Positions 49,537 to 59,392 of a DNA stretch of 64,000 nt are shown piece after piece; the stretch's first letter is position 1, and each line of letters opens with the position of its first letter. This DNA is from Methanomassiliicoccales archaeon. Its GTDB lineage: Archaea > Thermoplasmatota > Thermoplasmata > Methanomassiliicoccales > UBA472. Made by a program: the position numbers and the translations under genes. The stretch is from NCBI GenBank assembly GCA_036504055.1, contig DASXVU010000045.1, positions 6,147 through 70,146 of the forward strand. Direction: 5' to 3'. A model generated the notes under the pieces. The model worked only from the letters and a program-made list of their open reading frames with translations, ran no database searches and had not been told where the DNA came from.

Positions 49537-49962
49537 TCAGGCGACGCTGATGCTCTGAACGTTATGGTGCCGGTTCACGATGTCCCTGGCGATCTTCAGG
49601 TTGCGCCCGTTCTTGCCGATGGCGCGTCCCTTGACCTTCGGGTCAACGGTGACCGTGGCATGCACGATGTTGCCGCGGTTCTCGATGACGACCCCTTGAA
49701 CATTGTAGTTGTAGAACACGTTCTTGATGAACGTCTCCGGGTCGTCCGAGTACTCGACCACCTGGATGTTCTTTCCGGTGGTGTTCTTGAGCCGTATGAC
49801 ATTCTCGCCGGCCTTGCCCACTGCCCGGTTGGCCTGGCCTGGGTCGACGACGAAGACCAGTTTGTCCTCTGTCTCCAGACAGTCCTTGACGTGGGTCCTG
49901 GTTACTGACTCGAACAGGGCGATGTACCTGAGCGTCTCTTCGGTGAAAGTGATCTCTGCCAT
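49537..49962 (-). CDS. nusA: Archaeal NusA-like KH-domain transcription termination/antitermination protein
   Basis: Two KH-type GxxG motifs are present (VGKAGENV and IGKNGRNL). The position after rpl30e in the rpo cluster supports the call. Confidence 0.85.
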   Translation of the reverse strand: MAEITFTEETLRYIALFESVTRTHVKDCLETEDKLVFVVDPGQANRAVGKAGENVIRLKNTTGKNIQVVEYSDDPETFIKNVFYNYNVQGVVIENRGNIVHATVTVDPKVKGRAIGKNGRNLKIARDIVNRHHNVQSISVA

Positions 49963-49963
49963 A

Positions 49964-50245
49964 TCATCCCAACGAAAGAATGTTAGATGCGCCCTTGTCG
50001 ATTATTGCGATTGCCGAAACCGAGAATGGTTTACCAGCCAAGGCCCCGAGGTCCATGTTCGTGCCTTCATACACGTGGACCGGGACGCCATGGGTCTTCG
50101 ACATGAGGAACTCGCTCGGGCAGTTGTTTGAAACGACCAGTAGCTTAGCCTCTCCGCTTTTGACTGCTTTCTCTGCTTGCTGTACACCGAATACCACCTT
50201 GCCAGTGGTTATTGCGGTCTTTAAAGCTCTTCCCATATCAATCAT
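49964..50245 (-). CDS. rpl30e: 50S ribosomal protein eL30
   Basis: ALKTAITTGKVVFGVQQAEKAVKSGEAKLLVVSNNCP is typical of L30e, and the context is conserved. Confidence 0.9.
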   Translation of the reverse strand: MIDMGRALKTAITTGKVVFGVQQAEKAVKSGEAKLLVVSNNCPSEFLMSKTHGVPVHVYEGTNMDLGALAGKPFSVSAIAIIDKGASNILSLG

Positions 50246-50247
50246 TT

Positions 50248-51702
50248 TTACTGCCCCCTACGATTAGGTGCATATACCAGGTTGACGGCTCCGGTGCCGA
50301 GAGTAACCGGCTGCCCCACTATAATGTTTTCTGCAACGCCGTCTAGGTGATCCACCTCTCCGGTCAACGCCGCGTGCAACAAGTGCGCCGCGGTGATTTC
50401 GAACGCTGCTCTGGCCAGGACGCTAGACTTCCGGCCGGAGATACCGTGACGGCCAATCGCCTTCACATCCCCGTCGTTGGTCATGAGGTCCGCGACCAGC
50501 ATGATGTGCCTTATGTCCACTGTCAGACCCTGTTCGTCCAGGGTCTTGGACGCTTCGTCGATGATCGAGTTGCGCGCCGCTTCGACGCCTAGCACCTCGT
50601 AGATCTCCTGGATGGAGTTCGTCGAGGTCCTCTTCTTGTCCACACGGTCCTTCTCCAAAACCTTCTGGAGATTGGAGCCCTCGGTGTAGATGACATACTC
50701 GTCCATCGCCTTCTCCTTCCGGATGATGGCGCGGTGGATGCCTTCGATCCCTTGGATCTTGGAATCCTTGACCACGTCGATGATGTTCTGCAGTTTCTTG
50801 AAGGACGGCTCCTCCGAGGACAGCACGATGGTTTCATCGACGATCTCGATCTTGCCCTTCAGACCGCGTATCTTGCTCAGCCTTTCGTGGATCAGCTCCA
50901 GGGTGAGCCCTTTCTTCTCCATCTTCCGAGCGTCGGGACGAACTACGACGCGCATGTTGTTGCTGTCCGGCTCTATGGTCGCGATATCCAAGACCTTGGT
51001 CGTCTCGATCTCGGAGGCGATGCGCCTGACCTCATCCACATCGTTCCTGTACTTCGGCTCGATGTAGATGTTCATCATCGGGGTCGAAGGGATACGCCTG
51101 GCATCCACGATCTCGATCAGCCTCGGCAGACCCAAGGTAACGTTGATTTCCGCCACTCCTGCGTAGTGGAAGGTACGCATGGTCATCTGAGTGCCTGGTT
51201 CACCGATCGATTGCGCCGCCAATATCCCGGCCGACTCGTTCGGGTCCATCATGTGGTCCCCATACCGCTCGCCAGCCCGCTTCAGGATCTTCTCGATCTT
51301 GGCCTGCGGGACGCCTATGCCGTCGATCCTGTCCGCCAGATCATGGATGACCTTCTTCGACAGCTTGATGTTGAGCTTCTTGCACGTGTCATCCAGGTGC
51401 TTCTCGAAGGTGCTCGGCTTGCGCTGCTTGTCCGGGATGCTGATGTCGAACTTCTTGGCGGTCGCTTCCGGCTCCGCTGCCTTGCGGATGGTCTTTCGTA
51501 TCGGGGTCCGCTTCGACTTCTGGGCGTTCAGCTTCTCCAGGACGTCGACAACCTCATCCTTGGCCAGACCGGCTGCGAGCAGGTCCTCCTTGGTGGCGTT
51601 CTCGACCTCTCCGATGGAGGCGAACTTGGTGGTGATCTTGTCGGCGACGTCGTCTGCGATCTTGCGGCGACGGAGCGCGTTGATCGTGTCCTTGCGTGCC
51701 AT
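50248..51702 (-). CDS. rpoA2: DNA-directed RNA polymerase subunit A'' (Rpo1C), with a ~95-aa N-terminal extension
   Basis: The conserved block is [26 protein letters not shown]. The TAATG overlap links it to rpoA1. Confidence 0.9.
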   Translation of the reverse strand: MARKDTINALRRRKIADDVADKITTKFASIGEVENATKEDLLAAGLAKDEVVDVLEKLNAQKSKRTPIRKTIRKAAEPEATAKKFDISIPDKQRKPSTFEKHLDDTCKKLNIKLSKKVIHDLADRIDGIGVPQAKIEKILKRAGERYGDHMMDPNESAGILAAQSIGEPGTQMTMRTFHYAGVAEINVTLGLPRLIEIVDARRIPSTPMMNIYIEPKYRNDVDEVRRIASEIETTKVLDIATIEPDSNNMRVVVRPDARKMEKKGLTLELIHERLSKIRGLKGKIEIVDETIVLSSEEPSFKKLQNIIDVVKDSKIQGIEGIHRAIIRKEKAMDEYVIYTEGSNLQKVLEKDRVDKKRTSTNSIQEIYEVLGVEAARNSIIDEASKTLDEQGLTVDIRHIMLVADLMTNDGDVKAIGRHGISGRKSSVLARAAFEITAAHLLHAALTGEVDHLDGVAENIIVGQPVTLGTGAVNLVYAPNRRGQ

Positions 51703-54479
51703 TACTCTTCACCTCCGCCCTCGAACTCGACTTCCTCTGACTCCTCTTCCTCTTCGGAGAGCTCCATCAGGTCCTTCTCGACGGTACCATAGGTGCCGAC
51801 CTTCTTGTCCTCGATGCGCTGCAGCAGTTCGGCTTCGTCACCGAGCACTTCCAGCAGCACGTCGTCGATGTCGATCGCTTCCCCGCCGACGCCGCGGCAC
51901 GGGTCGATGCCATCCTCGCCGTATTCGAACTGGATGATGCTGTCGGCGGTGTTCCTGACGGTATGGTCCTGCTTCAGCTTGAGGTCCTCCAGAGCGTTGA
52001 TCAACCGCCTCTGCATGTAACCTGACCGGCTGGTACGGACGGCGGTATCGACCAGTCCTTCACGACCTCCCATGGAGTGGAAGAAGAACTCGGTCGGTGT
52101 CAGCCCGGACTTGTAGGAGTTGGTGACGAATCCCTTGGCCTTCGCACCCAGGTCTCCCTGTCGGAAGTGCGGCAAGGTCCTGTTCCAATATCCCCTCGAC
52201 AGCCTCTCACCTCTGACCGCCTGCTGCCCGATGCAGCCGGCCATCTGGGAAAGGTTAAGCATGGAACCTCTTGCTCCGGATTTGGCCATTTGGACCGCGG
52301 CGTTCTCCAGACCGAGCTGGTCTCCTGCGATCCGACCGGCTTCGTCTCTTGCCCGTCCCAGCTCCTTCATGGCCTCGACCTCAAGGGTCTCCTCCATGGA
52401 TCGTCCAGGCATCTGTTCCAGCTCGCCCTTGCGGTATGCGGTGACCAGCTGGTCGACCTTGTCCGAGGCGTTCTGAAGCATGTCCTGGATCTGTAGCTGG
52501 GATTCCTTCGGGATATCCTCGTCGTCTATGCCAGTGGAGAATCCCTTCACCATGATGGCGCCGATGGCGATCTTGGTAACGCTGTCCAGGAACTCGCGCG
52601 AGTAGTTCGACCCATAGTCGCGAGCGATCTTGTCCAGGATCTTACCTTTCATCGATCCGATGGCCTTCTCGTCGATCGTTCCGGTCAGAAGCTTTCCGTC
52701 CTTGATCCTTACGTAGGCGTCGTTCTCGCACTTGTCCTTCTTGCACTGCGTGCACTTCTCGCAGATGGAGGACTTGAACACCACCCGCATGTCCTTGGGC
52801 AGGATGGAGGAGAAGATCATCTTCCCGGTCCAGAATTCCTTTCCGTCCTTGATGAGCGGTGGTGGCAGCTCGTTCCCCTTCAGCCTGGAGGTGATTATCA
52901 GGGTCTGGCTCTTGTTGAAGAGCGGGTTGTTGTGCGTGAGCATGTACGTTCCGGTGATGTGGTCGTGGATGGCACCGATGACCGGACCTCCGAACCTGGG
53001 CGACAGGATGTGCTCCTGCACCTTCATCAGTATGGTGGCTTCGGCCCGAGCCTCCTCGGACTGCAGCACGTGCATGTTCATCTCGTCCCCGTCGAAATCA
53101 GCGTTGTATGGCGGGCAGACGCACAGGTTCAGCCTGAAGGTCTTCCCTGGCATGACCCGGACGGTGTGCGCCATCATCGACATCCTGTGCAGCGACGGTT
53201 GCCGGTTGAATAGAACGATATCGCCGTCCATCAGGTGCCTCTCGATGACGAAGTTGACCTCGACCGTCTCTGAGACCGTCTCGGCGTTCTTGTCGGTGAC
53301 CCTGATCCTTCTTCCGTCTGGCCGGATGACATAGTTGACACCCGGGATGTAGTTCTCGGTGTGGGGCGTCGGTCCGCGCTTGACCATATCCTTCAGGATT
53401 GCCAGGTTCGCCGTGGTCACGTGGACCGGCAGCGTCAGCTCCCTGGCCGCTTCCGTGGGTACCCCGACCTCATTGATCGACAATGCGGGGTCAGGAGAAA
53501 TCACGGTACGGGCGGAGAAGTTGACACGCTTACCTGACAGGTTGGAACGGAACCTGCCTTCCTTACCTTTCAATCTCTGGACCAATGTCTTCAACGGACG
53601 GCCGGACCGGTGCCTTGCGGGCGGTATTCCGGACGTCTGGTTGTCGAAGTAGGTGGTGATATGGTACTGCAACAGCTCCCATAGGTCCTCGACGATCAGC
53701 TGCGGCGCGCCCGCGTCACGGTTCTCACGCAGACGCTGGTTGATCCTCAGCACATCGACGAGCTTGTGGGTAAGGTCATCTTCCGACCGGTCACCGGACT
53801 CCAGGGTGATGGAGGGACGTACCGTTACCGGCGGGACCGGCAGCGCCGTAAGGACCATCCATTCGGGACGGCAGGACGCCGGGTCTATGCCCAGTGGCAC
53901 CAGGTCTGCGTCCGGTATCCTTTCCAGACGCTCGCGGACCTCCTTCGGGGTCAGCTTGTGGCCGTCCTCGCGGAAGGTGGTCGGCTTGTCCAGGGTGATC
54001 TTCAGCTGTTCGGCGCCGCAGTGCGGGCATACTTGCCTGGAAGCGGCGTCCTTGGCGGTGTCCTTGGATACCAGGCGGACATCCATCGAGTCGCCTCCCA
54101 GCTCCTCGACCTGCTCCATCGTCTCACGGTACTCTTTGGCCTGCTCCTCGGTGAGCAACAGGCGTCCGCAGGAGCGGCAGGTTGACTGCAGCAGCTTCTT
54201 GATCTCCTTCATGAACCCGACGTGCACCACCGGCATGGCCAGGTCGATGTTGCCGAAGTGTCCGGGACATTCGTCGACCTTGTGCCCGCAGGTCTTGCAT
54301 CGAAGACCCGGTTCGATGACGCCCAAATGAGGGTCCATCAGACCCATGTCGATGGGGAAGCCGTCGTCGTCGTACGTGTCGGCGGTGATGATCTTTGTGG
54401 CCGACATCTTCCTGATCTCGTCAGGAGAGAGGCAGCTGAACTTGATCGAACCTATCCTCTTTGAAACCCCTCGCATCAT
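51702..54479 (-). CDS. rpoA1: DNA-directed RNA polymerase subunit A' (Rpo1N)
   Basis: The Zn-binding N-terminus is ([16 protein letters not shown]). The catalytic [10 protein letters not shown] motif is present. The C-terminal tail is acidic. Confidence 0.95.
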   Translation of the reverse strand: MMRGVSKRIGSIKFSCLSPDEIRKMSATKIITADTYDDDGFPIDMGLMDPHLGVIEPGLRCKTCGHKVDECPGHFGNIDLAMPVVHVGFMKEIKKLLQSTCRSCGRLLLTEEQAKEYRETMEQVEELGGDSMDVRLVSKDTAKDAASRQVCPHCGAEQLKITLDKPTTFREDGHKLTPKEVRERLERIPDADLVPLGIDPASCRPEWMVLTALPVPPVTVRPSITLESGDRSEDDLTHKLVDVLRINQRLRENRDAGAPQLIVEDLWELLQYHITTYFDNQTSGIPPARHRSGRPLKTLVQRLKGKEGRFRSNLSGKRVNFSARTVISPDPALSINEVGVPTEAARELTLPVHVTTANLAILKDMVKRGPTPHTENYIPGVNYVIRPDGRRIRVTDKNAETVSETVEVNFVIERHLMDGDIVLFNRQPSLHRMSMMAHTVRVMPGKTFRLNLCVCPPYNADFDGDEMNMHVLQSEEARAEATILMKVQEHILSPRFGGPVIGAIHDHITGTYMLTHNNPLFNKSQTLIITSRLKGNELPPPLIKDGKEFWTGKMIFSSILPKDMRVVFKSSICEKCTQCKKDKCENDAYVRIKDGKLLTGTIDEKAIGSMKGKILDKIARDYGSNYSREFLDSVTKIAIGAIMVKGFSTGIDDEDIPKESQLQIQDMLQNASDKVDQLVTAYRKGELEQMPGRSMEETLEVEAMKELGRARDEAGRIAGDQLGLENAAVQMAKSGARGSMLNLSQMAGCIGQQAVRGERLSRGYWNRTLPHFRQGDLGAKAKGFVTNSYKSGLTPTEFFFHSMGGREGLVDTAVRTSRSGYMQRRLINALEDLKLKQDHTVRNTADSIIQFEYGEDGIDPCRGVGGEAIDIDDVLLEVLGDEAELLQRIEDKKVGTYGTVEKDLMELSEEEEESEEVEFEGGGEE

Positions 54480-57400
54480 CGCAAGTCCTCCAGTTGAAGA
54501 CGCATGGCGACCCCAAGCGACAGCAGCTCATCGAGGAGCAGCTTGAACGCATAAGAGGTCTGGACCAAGTGGACGTTGGTGTTGTTGCCGCACACCGGAC
54601 AGCGCAGCGAACCGCGCCGGTCGAGCATGGCCATATGGCCGCAGCTCGGGTTGCCGCATACGTATTGGAACGTTCCGTCGGACTCGTCCAGCAGACGGTC
54701 CTTTATGACCATCGCGGCACCGTGACCGATGAGACAATCCCTTTCCATCTCACCGAACCTCAGACCACCTTGCCTGGAACGGCCCTCGGTAGGTTGCCTG
54801 GTCAATATCTGGACCGGCCCCCTCGACCGGACGTGCATCTTACCTGACACCATGTGGTGCAGTTTCTGGTAATAGATGACGCCGATGAAGACGTCCGCTC
54901 CGATCATCTGACCGGTGAGACCATCATACATGACCTCCCTGCCGGAGTGGTTGAACCCGTTGCGCACCAAAGCCTCTCGTATGGCATCTTCCCTCTCACC
55001 GGAGAATGGGGTACCGTCGATTAGCCTCGACTCCATGGAGCCGACCTTCCCTCCGACCATCTCCAGGATGTGGGCGACGGTCATACGGGACGGGATAGCA
55101 TGCGGGTTGATGACCAGGTCGGGGATGATGCCGTCGGTCGTGAACGGCAGGTCCTCTGGCGGTGCGATCAGGCCGATGACTCCCTTCTGCCCGTGCCTGG
55201 ACGCGAATTTGTCACCCAGCTCGGGTATCCTCTCGTCACGGACCCGGATCTTGACCAGACGGGAACCGTTCTCCGATTCCGTCAGCATGACCGAATCGAC
55301 CCATCCGGTCTCACCGGCACGGCAGGTGATGGAGGTCTCACGCCTCTTCTGAGGGGTGAGGAAGTCGGTCTCTTCTTCCAGGAACCTCGGGGGTGATGTT
55401 TTGCCGATCAGCACGTCACCGCCGGTGACGGAGGTCTCCGGGCTGATCAGTCCGTCCTCTCCCAGGTTGCTGTATGAAAGGTCCTGCCTTGCTCCCCTTA
55501 CGTCCGGTGGCGGGATCTCGAAGTGATCTTCCTGGCCTCCAGGGTAGCGGCGCTCCTCCGCACGGTAGGTCCTCATGAACGAGGAACGGCCCAGCCCGCG
55601 TTCGACACTGGCCCGGTTCAGGATAAGCGCATCTTCCATGTTGTAGCCGTGGTAGGACAGGATCGCGACCACGAAGTTCTGTCCAGCCGGTCTCTCGTTG
55701 AACGCGACGAACTCCATGGTCTTGGTCTGCACCATAGGCTTCTGCGGGTAGTGCATGACGTGACCGCGGGTATCCGGCCTCTTCCGGTAGTTGCTGGAAG
55801 CCAATCCCAGCGACTGCTTGGACATACCTGCTCCCATTGTGACACGTGGAGAGGAGTTGTGCTCAGGGTAAGGAACCAGTCCGGCGCATACCCCCAGAAT
55901 GACCATCGGGTCCACTTCCATATGAGTATGGTCCTTCTGCATCAGCAGCTTTCCGGATATGATCTGGTTACAGTGCTTGCACTTCAGATTGGCCTGCTTG
56001 TCGGTCGTTCCCGGGTTCATCCAGTCGACATCGATCGGGGACAGCGCTCGGGAGCACTTGTCGCAGCGTTCCGGCACCTCGAAGGGGTCGACGCAAATGA
56101 AGGCGTCCTCCTCTTCCTCGGCATCGATCCATTCCAGCACGCCCTCGCGTATCAGGTCGGACCACTTGCTCTTGCCCTCGCGGATGTCCTCGATGTTCTT
56201 GCGGGTCAGAGCCAGTTTTCCATCGTTGACGACCAGCAGCGGCCTTCTGAGACGACCTTCATCGCAGTTGATGATCACCTCGTCCATCTCATGGTCGAAA
56301 CGGATGTTGATCTCATGGGACAGCAGACCGCTGCGCCGGCGGTGGCGCATCTCGGCGATGAGCTCTTTGGCCTTCTCGGAGACCCCTTTCAGATCACCGT
56401 TGACGTAAACGCGGGTGCCGCTCTTCTGTCCCTTGACCTCCTTGACTCCGAGGTCCTTCAGCAGATAGGCGACATCCTCCTCGCGGAATCCTTCCGAGAC
56501 ATCGATGATCAGCGCGGCGTTCTTCACCAGTCCGCAGTTCTGACCTTCAGGCGTCTCGCTGGGGCACAATCGGCCCCATTGGGTCGGGTGCAGGTCACGG
56601 GCCTCGAAGTGAGGCTGGGACCGGGTAAGTGAAGATGTCACCCGCCTCAGATGAGAGGCGGTGGACATGTTGGACGTGCGGTCCAGCAGTTGCGATACAC
56701 CTGCCCTTCCGCCCACCCAGTTGCCGGTGGCCAGAGCATGCAGCAACCGATGGGTCAGCAGGTCCGGGCGGATCGCGCTGGCGATCCTCAGGTCCTTCTT
56801 CCTGGCGTACGAGCGTTCCAGCTGGTACTTCAGGTCCTTCATCAGGTTGGTGAAAGCGACCCGGAACAGGTCCTCCATCAGGTCGCCGGAGAGCTTCAGC
56901 CTCTTGTTGGCGTAGTGGTCCTTATCGTCCTCACCGCGCTTCTCCAGATAGAGCTCCAGGACGGACCTGGCGATCCTGCCGAGGAAGATGGCCTTCTTCA
57001 TCCGGTCGTCCTTGGTGTCGCCCAGGTGGGGCAGCAGGGACCGGTCGATGATCGACTCGACCTTCTTCAGACGGTACTCCTTTGCCTGACCGGTGGCGAA
57101 CTTGCGCTCCAGGTACAGGTTCGCGTCTTCCGGGGTGAAGATTCCGTTTGGCGGGAACAGCTTCTTGTCCTGGCATTCCTCGATGTTGGCATAAACGATG
57201 TTGTGCATCTCGGGCATGGACGCGACGGCCTCAAAAATCTCCTCGTCCGTCTTCATTCCCAATGCCTTCATGAGGGCTACCAGCGGGATCTGTCCAGATG
57301 CTGCTGGCACCGTGACCATCAGCATGCCGTCGCGCTTCTTCTCGACCAGGGTCAGCGCCCTGTGGCCTTCCCTCTGCGAGAACACCTTGGCAACCTCGAG

Positions 57401-58075
57401 CTTCGTGCCGTAGCGCTCGTTGTACTCGACCATGACACGGTTAGGCGCAAGGTCCTCAAGGGTGATCAGGACCCTCTCTGTTCCGCCGATTATGAAATAT
57501 CCACCGGGGTCCATGGGGTCCTCGCCGGCCTTCATCAGGCGCTGGCTGTACTCATGGTCGTTGATCTCCCTCTCCTGCTCCATGTTCTCTTTGTAGAGGG
57601 TGCACTTCTTTGACTTGACCATGACCGGCAGGTCACCGATGTGGACCCTTTCCGGCTCCTTCTCGATGCCGTCCTCGACGACAGTAAAATCCAGATAGAC
57701 TGGGGCCAGATAGTTCAGGTTCCTGAGCCTGGCCTCCATCGGGGTGAGGTCGTGGACGTAACCGTTCGCCTCGCGGACGACCGGCAGCCCGACATGTATG
57801 GTCGGACGAGACTGGTTGTCGATGTTCCCAGTTTTCTCATCCCGCTTCCTTCCGACGCGGATCTCCACGATCCTGCCATCGGTCTTGTCCGGGTCGAGCC
57901 TGATGAACCCTCGGTCCAGGTCCTCCGCCGACACACGCAGGTTGTCGACGATCTTCTGCATCCTGCTGTTCGGGTTGTCCAACGTCGACAGGAAGTCGTC
58001 AAAGCTGGAGATATGATGATTTACAATGCTTCTTTCTTTGAAATAGAGTTCGACTAGGTCACGCAACGAATTCAC
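54476..58075 (-). CDS. rpoB: DNA-directed RNA polymerase subunit B (unsplit Rpo2)
   Basis: A single 1,199-aa ORF carries the B'' and B' regions together (…[13 protein letters not shown]…, [14 protein letters not shown]-terminal Zn ribbon CGHMA...CPVCG). Confidence 0.95.
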   Translation of the reverse strand: MNSLRDLVELYFKERSIVNHHISSFDDFLSTLDNPNSRMQKIVDNLRVSAEDLDRGFIRLDPDKTDGRIVEIRVGRKRDEKTGNIDNQSRPTIHVGLPVVREANGYVHDLTPMEARLRNLNYLAPVYLDFTVVEDGIEKEPERVHIGDLPVMVKSKKCTLYKENMEQEREINDHEYSQRLMKAGEDPMDPGGYFIIGGTERVLITLEDLAPNRVMVEYNERYGTKLEVAKVFSQREGHRALTLVEKKRDGMLMVTVPAASGQIPLVALMKALGMKTDEEIFEAVASMPEMHNIVYANIEECQDKKLFPPNGIFTPEDANLYLERKFATGQAKEYRLKKVESIIDRSLLPHLGDTKDDRMKKAIFLGRIARSVLELYLEKRGEDDKDHYANKRLKLSGDLMEDLFRVAFTNLMKDLKYQLERSYARKKDLRIASAIRPDLLTHRLLHALATGNWVGGRAGVSQLLDRTSNMSTASHLRRVTSSLTRSQPHFEARDLHPTQWGRLCPSETPEGQNCGLVKNAALIIDVSEGFREEDVAYLLKDLGVKEVKGQKSGTRVYVNGDLKGVSEKAKELIAEMRHRRRSGLLSHEINIRFDHEMDEVIINCDEGRLRRPLLVVNDGKLALTRKNIEDIREGKSKWSDLIREGVLEWIDAEEEEDAFICVDPFEVPERCDKCSRALSPIDVDWMNPGTTDKQANLKCKHCNQIISGKLLMQKDHTHMEVDPMVILGVCAGLVPYPEHNSSPRVTMGAGMSKQSLGLASSNYRKRPDTRGHVMHYPQKPMVQTKTMEFVAFNERPAGQNFVVAILSYHGYNMEDALILNRASVERGLGRSSFMRTYRAEERRYPGGQEDHFEIPPPDVRGARQDLSYSNLGEDGLISPETSVTGGDVLIGKTSPPRFLEEETDFLTPQKRRETSITCRAGETGWVDSVMLTESENGSRLVKIRVRDERIPELGDKFASRHGQKGVIGLIAPPEDLPFTTDGIIPDLVINPHAIPSRMTVAHILEMVGGKVGSMESRLIDGTPFSGEREDAIREALVRNGFNHSGREVMYDGLTGQMIGADVFIGVIYYQKLHHMVSGKMHVRSRGPVQILTRQPTEGRSRQGGLRFGEMERDCLIGHGAAMVIKDRLLDESDGTFQYVCGNPSCGHMAMLDRRGSLRCPVCGNNTNVHLVQTSYAFKLLLDELLSLGVAMRLQLEDLR

Positions 58076-58344
58076 CCTCTGACAACTAAGCGATAGGCAA
58101 CGGTGGTCTCCGCGGTCGCGCTTCGGCGCACGATCTTGACCACTCTTCCCTCGGTGATAGGGCCCTCAAGGTTCTCCAGAAGCCTGATGCAGGCGTCTCC
58201 CTTTCGGATCTTCGGCAACTGGTCCTTCTGAATCCTCAAGGAGGCCAGTACCTTCTTGGTTTCCTCGTCCGATAACAAATAATGCTCTGGCACGAGGTCG
58301 TGCTCTAAGACGTTAAACTGTACAGTGTCGACCATAGCTATCAC
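58072..58344 (-). CDS. rpoH: DNA-directed RNA polymerase subunit H (Rpo5)
   Basis: [18 protein letters not shown]...[13 protein letters not shown] is typical of RpoH. A GAGGTGA Shine-Dalgarno-like sequence precedes the ATG. Confidence 0.9.
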   Translation of the reverse strand: MIAMVDTVQFNVLEHDLVPEHYLLSDEETKKVLASLRIQKDQLPKIRKGDACIRLLENLEGPITEGRVVKIVRRSATAETTVAYRLVVRG

Positions 58345-58390
58345 CTCGACGAAATTAAGCCCGGACCTTCTTTCATACTAAGTAGCGGCC

Positions 58391-58399
58391 TTATAAAAA
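58391..58399 (-). promoter_or_regulatory. TATA-box-like element (TTTTTATAA on the minus strand) for the rpoH-rpoB-rpoA operon
   Basis: It lies ~50 nt upstream of the rpoH ATG, between tRNA-Lys and rpoH. Confidence 0.45.
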
Positions 58400-58481
58400 T
58401 GCATCGGAATCTCTCGAAACGGATGTTCACTTTTCGATCTCCCATGTCGTTTCTTTGCCTACGCAAGCGGGCCTGAAGGGA

Positions 58482-58511
58482 TTTTCGACATGACGGAGTT
58501 ACCGTCTATGA
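58482..58511 (-). other. Predicted tRNA intron 2 (30 nt, after T-loop position 59)
   Basis: The RNA is U-CAUAGACGG-UAACU-CCGUCAUG-U-CGAA-AA. A 4-bp UUCG/CGAA helix is flanked by AAU bulges, with an inner hairpin. Splicing restores the T-loop UUCGAAU. Confidence 0.6.
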
Positions 58512-58550
58512 TTCGAACCCTTGGCCAGCTGGTTAAAAGCCAGCTGCTCT

Positions 58551-58579
58551 TTCTAGGGACGCATGTTGCCATACGTCCT
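58551..58579 (-). other. Predicted tRNA intron 1 (29 nt, after D-loop position 20)
   Basis: The RNA is A-GGACGUAUG-GCAA-CAUGCGUCC-CUAG-AA. It forms a 9-bp hairpin with a GNRA loop. A 4-bp CUAG/CUAG helix is flanked by 3-nt GUA and AAA bulges, which is bulge-helix-bulge-like. The junction may slide by 1-2 nt. Confidence 0.6.
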
Positions 58580-58801
58580 ACCTAGCTGAGCTACAGGCCC
58601 TTGGTAGGTATGCCGGCGTGCAGAGCCGAGAGAATCCGGTGCCGTTATTTAATCTTTCTCTTCAACCCAAGGAAAACCAAAAGCTAACCTAGGTTTCCGA
58701 CATGTCAAGTGTCGATATGCTATCATTATCGATAGTCTAGATGAGAACTTATTTGTTTGCGATGTCATAGAATGATTAATTGCTATCTTTGGAATCCCAC
58801 C

Positions 58802-58813
58802 TATATATTTATA
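58802..58813 (+). promoter_or_regulatory. TATA-box-like element (tatatatttata) for the Zn-ribbon / aEF-1beta pair
   Basis: It lies ~35 nt upstream of the ATG at 58845, which is consistent with a near-leaderless transcript. Confidence 0.45.
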
Positions 58814-58844
58814 CAAGAAGTCTAATCTCGCACGAGCGATTGCT

Positions 58845-59012
58845 ATGGAGAATGAGAAAGTCTGCAGCTCATGCGGCAAGAGATTGACCGGAAAGGGTAT
58901 CACCTTCTTCAAGTGCCCCCAGTGTGGTGTCACCGAGATCGGGAGATGCTCCAACTGCCGCGACCAGAGTGTAAAGTATAAGTGTGACAAGTGTGGGTTC
59001 ACCGGACCTTAA
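58845..59012 (+). CDS. Four-CxxC zinc-ribbon microprotein (55 aa; COG2888 / HVO_2753-like), absent from the supplied ORF track
   Basis: My translation is MENEKVCSSCGKRLTGKGITFFKCPQCGVTEIGRCSNCRDQSVKYKCDKCGFTGP*. It has four CxxC pairs and sits 11 nt upstream of aEF-1beta, the position conserved in many archaea. Confidence 0.75.
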   Translation: MENEKVCSSCGKRLTGKGITFFKCPQCGVTEIGRCSNCRDQSVKYKCDKCGFTGP

Positions 59013-59023
59013 GGGTGTTTCAC

Positions 59024-59290
59024 ATGGGACAGGTCGCCGCCGTTCATCACCTAATGCCAGACTCTACCGACTTCGACCTTGAAGGACTATCGAAGAAACT
59101 TCCGACCATCGTCCCAGAAGGGGTTAAGGTCGTCCGGTCCGAGGTCAAGCCGCTCGCCTTTGGGTTGAGCATGCTCGAGGTAACCACGATCATGCTAGAC
59201 TCTGGAGGCTTGATCGAGAAGCTAGAAGAAACCTACCGCTCAGTGGAAGGTATCCAGAACGTTGAGACGGTGGAGGTCGGCCTCATCTGA
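59024..59290 (+). CDS. Translation elongation factor aEF-1 beta
   Basis: This is an 88-aa protein (MGQVAAVHHLMPDSTDFDLEGL...VKPLAFGLSMLEV...VEGIQNVETVEVGLI). The start was moved to the ATG at 59024. Confidence 0.85.
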   Translation: MGQVAAVHHLMPDSTDFDLEGLSKKLPTIVPEGVKVVRSEVKPLAFGLSMLEVTTIMLDSGGLIEKLEETYRSVEGIQNVETVEVGLI

Positions 59291-59392
59291 GGCTGACCCA
59301 TAAATGACTTTGAACAATACTGTAATAAACTCAGGAGACCCGTCTGCGCATGCAGAGGGGCCCATTTCCCTGTTTTGGAGCACCTCCCGACC

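Larger units (their letters stand above)
58468..58600 (-). tRNA. tRNA-Lys (anticodon UUU) precursor gene with two predicted non-canonical introns (D-loop and T-loop)
   Basis: The acceptor stem GGGCCUG/CAGGCCC lies at the two ends of a 133-nt span. Removing 29 nt and 30 nt gives a canonical 74-nt cloverleaf: GGGCCUG UA GCUC AGCUAGGUA GAGC A GCUGG CUUUUAA CCAGC UGGCC AAGGG UUCGAAU CCCUU CAGGCCC G. Confidence 0.75.

Noticed and set aside
49497-49962. The rpo cluster ends after nusA and is not followed by rps12-rps7-fusA-tuf as in many archaea. A convergent radical SAM gene follows instead.
   Set aside because: This is a real observation, but it is ordinary lineage-specific synteny breakage and oligo-T tracts mark a normal operon end. 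It does not indicate a novel element.
55523-56632. 369-aa plus-strand ORF, and several ORFs of 100-320 aa, antisense to rpoB, rpoA1 and rpoA2 (for example 56651-57613, 50734-51792, 53653-54330).
   Set aside because: They overlap universally conserved RNA polymerase genes and have the same antisense compositional signature. They are spurious.
58649-59002. 117-aa minus-strand ORF in the tRNA-Lys / Zn-ribbon intergenic region.
   Set aside because: It runs antisense through the four-CxxC microprotein gene and an AT-rich promoter region. The plus-strand Zn-ribbon ORF has conserved-looking features and conserved synteny with aEF-1beta.
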